From positions 1,116,001-1,180,000 of the forward strand of contig JAMWBK010000004.1 in NCBI GenBank assembly GCA_029953675.1: DNA of 64,000 nt, given 5' to 3'. The number at the start of each line of letters is the position of its first letter. The stretch's first letter is position 1. Position numbers and translations under genes: made by a program. Below, in pieces: positions 33,172-44,200 of the stretch. The notes below the pieces were generated by a model. The model did not search any database, had not been told where the DNA came from, and was given only the letters and a program-made list of their open reading frames with translations. The stretch is from Rhodosorus marinus CCMP1338 (Eukaryota; Plantae; Rhodophyta).

Positions 33172-35685
33172 CCGCACTAATCGTCCCATTCTCGTCCAGG
33201 TGGATGTTGGAACGGACAGTGCTCCTTGTACCCGGTTTTGCGAAGAATTCACAGCACGGTGAAGGAACTTTTCACAATTGATTTGAGCAATTTACTTCAC
33301 GGGGCTGTGAAGATTAGGCAAAGGTCAATGGATTCTAAATTGAGAGTGAACAACAGACGATTCTTCTACTCCCCGGTGGTAGCTTGCTACCATCGACAGA
33401 AATTCGGTGGTATGGATGTATTCTAGGGTTGTCCATGGAGGTACTTGTTTCTCAAGCTGCAATCACCTACCTCTTCCTCATGGGGCCTGGTACAGGAGAA
33501 CCGACTGGCTGAGTGTCGGACGGCCCCCGTTGGCTCTCTCTGGATAAAATTTTTCCAGTACACACACGTCATCCTCAGCCTTGCGGGGCGGAAACGACCG
33601 CACCCTATAGATCAACTCCTCGGTCATCTACAAGTCCGTTTTACGCCGTCAGCATTTATTTTGGAAAACGTCTTCCTCATCCTTCGCCTGCAGGACAGAC
33701 CATCCACGCTCCGCCTCCGCCCTTCTGGCGTCCGTACCGCCCTCAAACCCGATGCCGCCCTGAAACAGAAGAAAACCATTCCAAAGTTCGCCCCCAAACT
33801 CCGTCATTGGTCGTCTAATACCACAGTCTGTCATCCCTGTACTGAAGATATCTATTTTTAGGTCTCCTAAAACGCCTTATTTTTTGTCCAGTAATTTCAA
33901 TCCACGTGTCCATTCCGCAAAATCAATTGTGCTGGAAAATATTCTAATATTTCATGACGTGATCTGTACAACGGTGAAAAACAAACGAACTATTAAACGT
34001 GGATTGACGAAAGCTCCATTTCTCTTTGACGGGTGAAATACATAGAAAATTAGTGTTTTTTTGCATCAGTTTAGTCGCAGATACTTTCCAATCAGAATTA
34101 TTATTAAAACTACTGTTAGTGTGGAGGTTGTCTTGTCGATTTTCCGAGCTAATTTCTCTAGGAAAGGAAAACAAGAGCGGGCAAATGCATCTTTTTCTTC
34201 CAAAAATGGGTTGGCAAACGGCAGAAAAAGCGAGGTATATATTAAACATATTCATTCATTTGTATGAGAAAGATAGAAGTTTATTTCCAGTTTGGAAGAA
34301 AGCCCACAAAACTGGAATTAAACTATAAAAGTAGATCCATTCATACATTAATACGTGTCCTTTTAGTTTCTCGGGGGGGGGGTAGAACTTGGATATTTAT
34401 ATCCATCTATTTTTGTCCAGAACGGTTGTGCTAAATTTAGGTTTTGTAGGTAATTAAATTGAAGCGTCTGAAACTGTTCTAAAAGTTTGACTTTTTCTAT
34501 CCTTTGAAGTGAGGGAGAGGAAATTGGAGAATTGTGCTAACAGGCGTACTGGGGAAAAGGTACATTATCGAATGCTCTCCTGATGGTCCTCCCAAGCAAG
34601 TTAGACTCAAAGCAGGGTTTGTATACGTGTGGGAGGAAAACTCGTTGGTGAACTTTTATAGGACGAACCCAATCAACGTGGTTGCTGAGTGACTGGACTT
34701 AGGCTTTCGGCCTTGGGTGAGTTTTTGGTTCGCTACGGTAGGTAGCTGCTGAATATAGGCTACTGGGGTATTGACAATGTACTAAACGTGTCTCGCGAGT
34801 ACTAAAACATGAAGAATACAATCAGGATAGACACTCGCAGTTCGCCGGGGCAAAACGGCAATACTATTCAGGCCCGGGTAGGGTTAGGTTTTTGGACGCA
34901 TGAGTCGGCCTGAACGGTTTCCTAGAAGTCCTAAAACCTCAGAGCAATGGATAGGAGGATATTTGACATACCTCCCATGACGTGGAGGAGGTAATAGAAG
35001 TAAGAGTGGAAGCAACGAATGACGGTTGGAAATGCAAAGAATAAATGTACAGTCACCTTAATTTGGCAACAAAAATTGGACCTACTTCCCACTTGTTCTC
35101 GTTTTGCTCGGTTGTAGCTCCTGCTTTGAATGGTGAGGAGACATCTGCAGAAGAGACACGCATTCTACTTGGAGCTTTCACTGCCTTGTCTTCTCTGTGC
35201 TCGGTTTTCTTAGCGCCACCGTCCGTGGACGATGGACACGCTCTAGAATTCGAGCTTGTCGTTCTCAGTGATTTCTTGGGTGTGGTGAATGTGGAACAGA
35301 TCAGTTTAATCTGAGGTCAAGGTCGACGAATGAGGTAAGGCGGAGAGGTTGCAGAGAGCCCATCTGCAGAGCTAGGGCAGTGTTACAGTACATATAATTG
35401 CTTTTAACAGATTGATTCCAGTATAAACCTGTCGCGTGCTCCCCTGAAGATCCAAGTAAACGTTTTCGGCATCGAGAGAGGTTATGGTATAAGCAAGGTG
35501 GTAACAGGGCCATAGGGCGATAGATCCAGCCCTATGTAGGTTTCGATAGGGCACCGCCATAGTGAAAAGAATTCATGGGGTACCCTTCGACTCTGAACAA
35601 TTTTCATAGGCATCGGGCAATTTTTAATGCTATATCATTGCCCAATGCGGTGTATATATTTCTAATTCATGCCTTTATGGTAAAT

Positions 35686-36140
35686 GATGAACGCCGTGTA
35701 GCCGACCTGGTGATCACCTGTGACGACAGCCGCCGTACCACATACGTTGACCTTGCTGTTCCTAATCCTCAAGCTAGTCGTTATCTCCCGGCTGCGGGGG
35801 AGCGCCGTGGATCTGCCGCCGCCAGTATGAGACGCCGCAAAGAGATCAAATACGCGGGGGCTTTGTCTTCCCCTGGTGTTCGTGCTTCGGCACTAGCACA
35901 TCGCTTGGTACCCCTGATCATTGAGTGCTTTGGGTTCATGGACTCTGTTGGTTCTCGCTGGCTTCGGGAGTTGTTCCGCGAACGCCCTGACCGTCTTCAA
36001 TCGTTGTTTACCCGCTTAAGTTTCCTGCTGTGGCGCATGAATGCCGCTTTGATGTTGGAGGCGCGAGTTCTTCGCCGCACTTAGTCTTTTTTTCCCCTCG
36101 GGGTTTTTTCTTTCAGCCTCCGATTAAACCATTCGTTCGT
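35686..36140 (+). mobile_element. Family-A 5'-truncated copy with an intact RLE reading frame and a CATTCGTTCGTTCG tail
   Basis: NDERRVADLVITCDDSRRTTYVDLAVPNPQ..KEIKY..PLIIECFG..LMLEARVLRRT has no stop; 3' UTR TTTTCAGCCTCCGATTAAACC. Confidence 0.9.
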
Positions 36141-39100
36141 TCGTATGGTTGTATTGTTTTTGTTGGTAGAATAGGCTATTTGAAGTGCATTCGTATTATG
36201 AAGAAAAAGCAGTGCCCTATCTACATGTGGTTTGTGATAGTTTATGGTGTTGGGTTGGGTGGGTTTTTGGTTATCATAGTGTTTGTTCGTGGGAGGCGCT
36301 GTCTTCCGTCGTCTTTCCCCGACTTTTTTTTTGTGTGTGGCTTGTCGGCGGGCTTTCTCTCCTTCTCTTGGGTTGTGGTGGAGGTTTCGGGGTGCTTTGT
36401 ATTGGGTAATAGCCAGTTTTTGTGGGGCTTTTGTGGTGAAATTTCTTCTCGCCACACTCTTTTGTGATAGCTGGGGTCTCCCCACCTCTTCCGGTGGCCG
36501 GTGCTGCCGTATCTCCGCTCGTGGAGCTGCGCGTGAGCGCATTCAGCACCCAGGCCACTGTCAGCAACTGCGACGAAGCGTCGTCGCACGTACTCGTCTC
36601 AAAACTGACCAGTCTTCTTCTCGTTGCTTCGCAGGGGAACACCCCGCTGACGGCGTACCTGGAGAACTTTCCTGCTAACGCGGGTGCCTCTGTCCTCCCC
36701 CCCATCGCTCCTGCTGGGGGGAGCTCTGCACCCCGCCCTGTGGCCGGTGCTGCCGTATCTCCGCTCGTGGAGCTGCGCGTGAGCGCATTCAGCACCCAGG
36801 CCACTGTCAGCAACTGCGACGAAGCGTCGTCGCACGTACTCGTCTCAAAACTGACCAGTCTTCTTCTCGTTGCTTCGCAGGGGAACACCCCCGCTGACGG
36901 CGTACCTGGAGAACCTTTCTGCTAACGCGGGTGCCTCTGTCCTCCCCCCCATCGCTCCTGCTGGGGGGAGCTCTGCACCCCGCCCTGCCTTCAGTCGTCC
37001 GGCGCTATCCGGCCTGGCCATCTCTCCTAATTCTGCTGTACCGAACCAAATATCTGGCCAAAACCCCCCTGGTCTTTCCTTGGGACTGAATCCTGCCTCT
37101 GCGAGTGTCTCTTGGCCCTCCTATTCCCAACTCCTTCGTCGTGGCTCCTCGGAAGAACGCACGACGGCCATGGTGCGTATGATTCCTTACCCCGTGGCCA
37201 CTCCTGCATTCTCTCGCCCGCTCTCTCCGTATCATCTCGTCTGGATGACGAACATGCACCCCCAGACCCCTTCTCGTGGTCGGGGTCGAGCGCCGGTTCA
37301 CTACCGTGATTTCCCCGGTACGATGGTCCCCTCGCTTGGTGTCCCTCCATCTGAGTTCCTCTATGTGCATTTCACTGGACATCATGCCTGTTTCCCGTCA
37401 CAGAGTCGGCTTATCAATTCCTTACCTCGCTTGTCGCCACTCCCCCTGAGCCTCAGCGCTCTGCCCTTGCCAACATGATACTGAGTCGTGCCCACGTCTC
37501 ATTGTATGTTGAGTTTGACCGCTTCGACGCAGGCTGGGTTCCCCCGTCGGCGCTGCGCGGCCACCCTGCCACGCAAGCTCCTGCTATCGCGCCAAACTCA
37601 TTCGGCGCGACTTTCACGCATCCAGTCGAGCCTCTTTGCCCGTTTCCCCCCCCGGTGGTGTTCTCCGCTCGGCGTTGGAGGACTTCCTCTCAGCTGAGGC
37701 CGCCCTGATGGAAGTTCATCCGGCCTTTGAGCTCTCCAAAGCGACTCCTGACCGCCACTCCTCGCCTCCTCCGGCAGCTGCAGTTCCTGATGCCAACATG
37801 TCGGCGGCCACATCGTGCTCTCCGAATCCGCTGGCTTTGGACACCCTCAGCGAGGACTCCGTTCCTGAAAATTCTGTATCTGCATTCTTTTGGTCCTTTA
37901 GTTCCTTCGCTCGTCCACCCGTAAGCGCCGCGCCGCCGCTGAGTCACCCTCAGAGGGCCTCCCACCGGATACCCGGTAACGCCTCCCCGACTGAATGTAG
38001 GCCTGATATCTGTGTCCTCTTCCCCCGCCCGTGTGTCACCCGTGTCTGTCCTGTTCGCCGATGCCTCCTCCACCTGGCGCGAGCGTCTTTTCTCGTGGTT
38101 CTCTGACCTTGTCGCCTCCTTACCGGGTGGTGCCATTCCCTTGTGCCGTCAGAGCCCAGCTGTACGACTCCCTCGTCGTCTGCACACGCCTCTCGCGTTG
38201 GTGTTGGATTTTTATAACAGGAAGTTTCCGATCACCCTCAATGCTCTCTTCGCTGGGATCTCCTTTCTTTTTTCCTCGCCTCGTGCTCACTTTCTGGGAT
38301 CTCCTTTCTTTTTTCCTCGCCTCGTGCTCACTTTCTCTACTGTCTCGAGCCTTTCGCCTTCCCGCCGTATCCACCCTCGGCGCAAGATGCATTTGTTCCT
38401 CTCCGGTGACTTTGCAGAGCTCGAACGTCTCTACTTCGCTTCCCTCTCTTCATGTCCCCCTTCAGACTTCAGGTCTAGTCGCCAACAACGGGCGCGTCAC
38501 GCTGTGGCATGCGGTGATCTCCGGAGGGCTGCCGGTATCCTCCAGCAACGGCAACCTGTGGTCGAGTATTCTGACAATCTTGTTTCTCCGCTACGCTCGC
38601 TTTTTCCCGCAGCAGGCTCTGGGTGGGACCCGTCTTTTGACGCGGTGCTGGAAGCGTTCCAAGTAACGTCCAATGAAGATGAGCGGCTGGTGGTCACCTC
38701 GGAGGCTGTGCGTGAGCTGATCCAGTCTGCTCCAATGCGTCGTTCTCCTGGGCCCTCAGGTTTGTCGCTGGAATACCTCCGTTTTTTGGGTGAGGACGGT
38801 ATGAAAGTGTTTTCGTCCGTGTTGGAGGGAATCGTCAATGGCGATCCTTTTTGTGATCGCGCATGGTTTGGCCAGGACGGGCGCAGCTATTTTGGCTCTC
38901 CAAGTCGGGTCACACTGCTTGGACTCCAGCACTTCGCCCTATTGGCATGGTGGAAGTGGTCCGTAAACTGCCAGCTCCGTGGTTGGTCCAGATTTTGGTC
39001 CTCGAATCCCCTCGCTTTTTTGGACAAGCGCAGTTAGGCGTGGGCTATCGTGGCGGCTGTGAATTTGCTATCCATACTTCTTCGCTCGGACCTGGCCTCC

Positions 39101-40330
39101 TCGCCGGATTACCGGTTATCATCTGTAGACCTTGTAATGCTTTAATCGAGTCTCTCGACTAGCCATTATGCATGTGGTGCGCGAGGTCTTCCGGGTAGCT
39201 TTTCCCTTTTTTAGCAGTCTTTACTCTTTGATGGGTCAAGAGCCAACTTATGACACCCCCCCTCGGCCCTTCCTCGCACTCCTTCGAGGCGCGGACCGGG
39301 GTTCAACAGGGTGACCCGTTGGCGCCTTTTTTGCACGCCTGTAGGCTTCAAGTCGTTTGCTTGGCCTGCGTTCAGAGGTCCCAGAGGTCCGCGCAGTGGG
39401 TTGCCACGATGACTCTGCCTCATTGGACCTCCAGGTACCCTCGCGGAGGCGTACGATCGTCTCCGCACACTGGCATCCCTCGTCGATCTCGAAATCAATC
39501 ATGCGAAGTTGTTCTACTCGGGAGGAGCGGATATTCAAGAGCATCAGGTCCCTGCGCGTTTCCAGTATATTTGGCGTAGGGGAGGTTTTGTTCATCTGGG
39601 CATCCCATATGGGTCCGCGTCTCTTGTGGAGGTTGAGTTGTCGCAGATTCTGAGTAAGCACCGGCAGTTGGTCTCGGAGCTCCGCCGGCTGCCTCGCGGC
39701 TTCTTGAAAGCCGCGGGGCAGCTCGTTGTGCTCGTTGTTGCTAATAGTTCCGCTCGCTCCCGACTCGCTGGGGCAACCCTTGCCAACAACGAAAGCTTTC
39801 GTGAGCTGGGATTCTTCTTAGATGAGGAGTTGGGTCATCTTCCGCGCCCCACCCGTGATATGGTTCGTGCCCTGTGACGATAGCCGCCGTACTACGTACG
39901 TTGATCTTGCTGTTCCTAATCCTCAGGCTGGTCGCTGTTTGCCGGCTGCGGGAGAGCGCCGTGGATTTGCTGCTGCCAATATTAGACATCGCAAAGAGTT
40001 GAAATATTCCGGGTCCTTATCTTCCCCAAGCATTCGTGCTTCGGCTCCAGCTCATCGCCTGGTACCTCTGGTCATTGAGTGCTTTTGTTTTATGGATTCC
40101 GTTGATTCTGGTTGGCTTCGGGAATTGTTCCGCGAACGCCCTGGCCGTCCGTCCTCGTTGTTTAGCCGTTTAAGTTTCTTGCTGTGGCGTATGAACGCTG
40201 CTTTGATGTTGGAGGCGCGCGGCCTTCGCCGCGCTTAGTCTTTTTTTTCCCCTCGGTTTTTTTTTTTCTGTTTTTTTTTTCTGTTTTTTTTCTTTTCAGC
40301 CTCCGATTGAACCAGTTCATTCATTCATTC
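36141..40330 (+). mobile_element. Near full-length, inactive CRE-clade non-LTR retrotransposon, family A
   Basis: G/T-rich 5' region, a 246-bp tandem duplication, and RT motifs RRSPGPSGL, LRPIGMVEVVRKL, QLGVGYRGGCEFAIH, GVQQGDPLAP and CHDD. A 41-bp duplication at 38253-38334 shifts the frame. An internal deletion near 39870 joins the RT region to the RLE. Tail (TTCA)n at 40316-40330. Confidence 0.88.
36495..36987 (+). repeat. Two tandem copies of a ~246-bp unit in the 5' part of the element
   Basis: TGGCCGGTGCTGCCGTATCT starts at 36495 and 36741; the units are nearly identical, with one extra C in unit 2. Confidence 0.95.
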
Positions 40331-40675
40331 AGTAAAAGCATCGTAGACAGTGTCTCTGGAAACTGACAACGTTGACTGAATACGCAATCGTTATTCTTTA
40401 TTTGATTGATCAAAAGAAAAGCCAGCTCGGTCAGAGAGAGAGCAGCTGAGCGAGGCGCTGAGTTGAGGGGGTGTTTGTCCTAAGCATTAGAGCTGATTTC
40501 AGCTTAACGGGTATCTGATTGTGCTAGAATAACAATCAGTATGCAACCCTTGGAATCTGCATCCACCCCGAAGACAGGGATGGTAGACGGGTCCCATCGC
40601 CACCGCGATGATGGTGATGCATCAGTCCCAAGGGGTGCTCGCATGTGGAGGGGTACCACATACAAAAATACGAGC

Positions 40676-41012
40676 AGAAAAAAGCGTAAAAGTGTAAAAA
40701 AGAGTAAAAAAGTGTGAAAAAGTGTGAAAAAGTGTGAAAAAGTGTGAAAAAGTGTGGAAAAGTGTAGAAAGTGTTAAAAGCGTAAAAGTGGAAAAAGTGT
40801 AAAAAAAGTGGAAAAAGTGGAAAAAGGAGAAAGTGGTAAAAAGTTGTAAAAAGTTGTAAAAAGTGGTAAAAAGTGGAAAAAGTGGAAAAAGTGGAAAAAG
40901 TGTAAAAAGTGTGAAAAGTGTAAAAAGTGTAAAAAGTGTAAAAAGTGTAAAAAGTGTGAAAAGTGTGAAAAGTGTGAAAAGTGTGAAAAGCGGGTAAAAG
41001 TGTAAAAAGTGT
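40676..41012 (+). repeat. Strand-asymmetric minisatellite of ~9-bp units (AAAAAGTGT, AAAAGTGTG, AAAAAGTGG)
   Basis: About 35 degenerate units with almost no C on the plus strand. ORFs across it are low-complexity artefacts. Confidence 0.95.
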
Positions 41013-41022
41013 TTCACGTCCA

Positions 41023-41062
41023 CACAAAATTTGAGTCCCCGGGGGGGGACTCAAATTTTGTG
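41023..41062. repeat. Perfect palindrome with 18-bp arms and a GGGG spacer
   Basis: CACAAAATTTGAGTCCCC-GGGG-GGGGACTCAAATTTTGTG. Confidence 0.95.
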
Positions 41063-41390
41063 CGGCCATTGATCAGCCCAATCCAGCGTGTCGAAAATGG
41101 GTCCTCCTCTATATGTCTCTCCACGAAAGGAGGAGGAGTAGGTACAAAGCTGAAGTATGGCCAAGTTCATGGCACCGGAGGGTGTAATTTTTTTGACCAG
41201 GTTACGTTTTTACTGTAAACAAGCCTATTTTAGGGGGTATAACGCACAACATGCTCTCACGCGAAGTAGCGTATAGGGACTCTAGTATAACTGTTGAGCG
41301 TACTAGCATAACCACCATTGGATACGCGATCCACGCTGTACCCACTCCCGCCACAGGTACTCCCGTGAGGAAGGAGATCTGCGGTCTGCC

Positions 41391-42275
41391 CTACCAGTGT
41401 GGTGGCCCGTGGCGCTCGTTGGAGCACTTTAGAGGCGCAGAGCACTTGTAGTAGAAGTCCCACTTCGGGCAGACGTCGCCGGATGGGTATCCCCAGTATT
41501 CGGTGGTGTCGTAGTAGCACTTGTAGTACTTGTAGTACTTCCCATGGTAGTTGTAACTGGGGTAGTGCTTGCCGTGGCCGCCATACTTCCTGCTTGCGAG
41601 CTTGCCGGAGTACTTGTGGTACTTGTGGTGCTTATAATAGTAGTACTTCTTGCCGTACTTGTCGTAGTAGTACCTGTCGTAGCCGTAGTAGCCGTACTTG
41701 TCATGCTTGTACTTCTTGTAGTAATCATAGTACTTGTAGTACTTGTCGTAGACGCCATATTTGTCGTGGTAGTCGTAGTAGTACTTGCAGACGTATTTCT
41801 TCACGTCTACCTTGAAATAGAGACAGATATCCGAGTTGCAGCACCCGGTATCGCCATATGCGTAGAAGGTATCCAGACAGACGTAGAGTGTGTGCCCGTA
41901 GTAACCCTTGACGGTGTACGGTTTCTCGACCGGTTTCGAGCAATCCGAGCTGGCGCCAGCGTACAATCCCGTGAATTTGTACTTGTCGGCAGCGTAGAAC
42001 TTGAAGGCAATACAAGTCTTGTGCTTGTACCACACAATAGAGACGCACACGTAGCCAACCTTGGTCGTGCCGTCAATGTAGAGCTCGTAGCACTTCTTAT
42101 TCTTGTAATCATACAGGAATACGTATTTGTACATGTCTGCATAGTAGCTGCAGAGATGCTTCTTCGGAGGAGGGGGACCACCCGCCCTCAATGATACGTT
42201 CTCAGTCAAACTTGCGTCCTGGGCAAAAGCCATGCCCAGGACTGCCAGAACCGCAACAATCGCCACTGCCTTCAT
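41391..42275 (-). CDS. Secreted Tyr/Lys/His-rich protein with an 8-Cys domain (likely ATG 42275)
   Basis: Signal peptide MKAVAIVAVLAVLGMAFA, a PPPP linker, the Cys domain, then ~85 aa of YYKY/HKYHKY low complexity. Codon usage is strongly biased (TAC/AAG). Confidence 0.88.
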   Translation of the reverse strand: MKAVAIVAVLAVLGMAFAQDASLTENVSLRAGGPPPPKKHLCSYYADMYKYVFLYDYKNKKCYELYIDGTTKVGYVCVSIVWYKHKTCIAFKFYAADKYKFTGLYAGASSDCSKPVEKPYTVKGYYGHTLYVCLDTFYAYGDTGCCNSDICLYFKVDVKKYVCKYYYDYHDKYGVYDKYYKYYDYYKKYKHDKYGYYGYDRYYYDKYGKKYYYYKHHKYHKYSGKLASRKYGGHGKHYPSYNYHGKYYKYYKCYYDTTEYWGYPSGDVCPKWDFYYKCSAPLKCSNERHGPPHW

Positions 42276-42361
42276 TGTGCCTTGCGTACCATCCACTTGG
42301 TTTTCACCCGCACTGACCAAGTCTCCTATCGAACTCCACTAGCTCTGCCGCTGTTCGCGTC

Positions 42362-42369
42362 GTTTATAT
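42362..42369 (-). promoter_or_regulatory. Candidate TATA box (TATATAAA) of the Tyr-rich gene
   Basis: About 90 bp upstream of the ATG at 42275, the same spacing as for GH86 paralogue 2. Confidence 0.5.
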
Positions 42370-42963
42370 AGCGTTCGTCTAGGCCTCCCGCGGCTCAATG
42401 GCTAGTCGCGTCTATAGACTTGTATCCTTGCTGCTGATATTTTTGCCGCTTCACAACCTGTTTTCGACGCTGCAGTTCCTCGAAAAAGGCCTCATCTCCG
42501 ATCGCCAAGGGTATGAATTTTTCCGGAGTAAGTCCTCCTGCATCCAGCTCGGTGAGGAAGTTTGTCACCTCGCGCTAGGGAAGAGAAGGGGGGTAGGAGG
42601 GCCCTGGGGTTTGAGGTTGACGGATCGTTTGATATCTCAATCGGCTGAAGAGGATTGGCCAGTTAGACTTGTCCTATCGTGAACCTCCGAGCTGCACGCT
42701 ATCAACTTGGCCCTGTCTATGGTTTACTTGAAAGGATATGACCATACTCAATAGACTTGGAAATTTGGCTTTGGAGGTTCCCTGCTCATGTGTTGTGGTG
42801 GGAATTCCGGACGGGCTGGAGAAGTGGAGGACCACGTAGGCGCGTGAACAAAGAAGAGAACGAAAGCATTTTAATCAAATTTGCAGGATTTTGTTTCGAT
42901 TTTCATGTGCATAGATCCCGTCTCTTTATGGCAGTCCTTAACGTGTTGCTGGGCGTGAACAGG

Positions 42964-43058
42964 AATAAGAGCCCCTTTTTTGACGTCGTCCAGCTCAAAA
43001 AAGTTTCCTCAATAAGAGCCCCTTTTTTTGACGTCGTCCAGCTCGAAAAAGTTTCCTC
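42964..43058 (+). repeat. 47/48-bp tandem duplication containing TGACGTC
   Basis: AATAAGAGCCCCTTTTTT(T)GACGTCGTCCAGCTC(A/G)AAAAAGTTTCCTC occurs twice. Confidence 0.9.
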
Positions 43059-43699
43059 TAGAAATTGATGGCGAAACAGCCCCGAGTTTGTCCCCGTCTT
43101 GCCGTACGCACTCGTGGCGTGGATAGGTCAACTCCGTGTGTCGACAGATGCCGGTGTCTATTCATGGCAGACGTTTCACTTCTAGAGCATCCTGTTCAGT
43201 GCATTTTTTTGTTTCGTTTTTGTTTTCGCCGGAGGATGCGGCAGAATATGCTTCACAAAGTCAGTACGTAAGTGAACATGAACAGCTCCAACACAAGGAC
43301 ATGGACTTGTCAGACAGCATATTTCTACGCTCTGTCAGAGGAGCCCCAAAACGGCAGTTGTTATTGGGAGGCCTCAACCCTCAGCTTCAGTGGTTTGAAG
43401 AAACTGACAAGGAAAAAGCGAATGCACAGTCGATCTTCAATGAGATGAGGTGAGGGGTTGTGGGAAGTGAATGAGGTGGATATAGGAGTGTGCTATTGTG
43501 GCAATAGCGGTAGGTCATTCTCCCCATTTAGCGCTCCAAAAAGCGTGGATAGAGGAGGACCGATTGGGGCTTCTTTGTCCAGCGTCCTGACCGACCGCTG
43601 TCGAGCATGTAGACGTTAAACCCATTAGATTGCTTTTGGTAGGGACAAGTGGCCTCCTGAGACTTTCAAAGCGTCATACCAAAGCTCACATGATGCTCG

Positions 43700-44200
43700 A
43701 AAGCTCGCAGAAACCGGCTCTGGGTTTCAGCCGACAAAGTCGTAGGGCAACCGCAGGAGACATCCCAAAATCAATTTTTAGCCGCATGAGAGCACGAGCG
43801 TCAACAATTAGCGCTCTTTTTATCAAGTATCCCTCGCAGTGGAGTGTTAAGGAAGTCCATCCCTTGCGATCCCTGTAGCCAACCGTTTGATTCGTCGAAC
43901 AATTCCGGATAATCTATAGAGATATCTTACCACATGCGAGCATGGAAGTCCATCCGAGGCGATCCATGTAGCCAACCGTTTAATTCGTCGAACAATTCCG
44001 GATCTAGAGAGATAGCTTACCACATTTACGAAGGGCTCTGCACACCTCGCCTTTCATTTGCAGTGGTTTCCGGAAGGTTTTCCACGAGCCAAAATATCGA
44101 TGCTCAACAAGTAAGATACAAGCTACCCCATGTCGGACTTTCATGATTTTCAACGGTCCTGGAGTGTTAAATCCGAAGGAGCCCCGATGACGCGGTTGTT
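43700..44200 (-). mobile_element. Possible Ty3/gypsy integrase relic
   Basis: Minus-strand fragments SGIVRRIKRL (SNGxxER-like, duplicated at ~43870-43925 and ~43960-44020) and NTP..FGMSPA; heavily degraded. Confidence 0.35.

Noticed and set aside
36495-36987. Tandem repeats as a CRISPR-like array
   Set aside because: There are only two long identical units with no unique spacers, they sit inside a retrotransposon, and no cas genes are present.
40536-41069. ORFs of 177 and 133 aa (FHTFYT and LFTLFT repeats)
   Set aside because: These are translations of the minisatellite; there is no evidence of coding.
41399-42194. Overlapping antisense and alternative-frame ORFs over the Tyr-rich gene, and similar shadow ORFs over the GH86, RTX and 21441 genes
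   Set aside because: They are by-products of strong codon bias and low complexity in the real genes.
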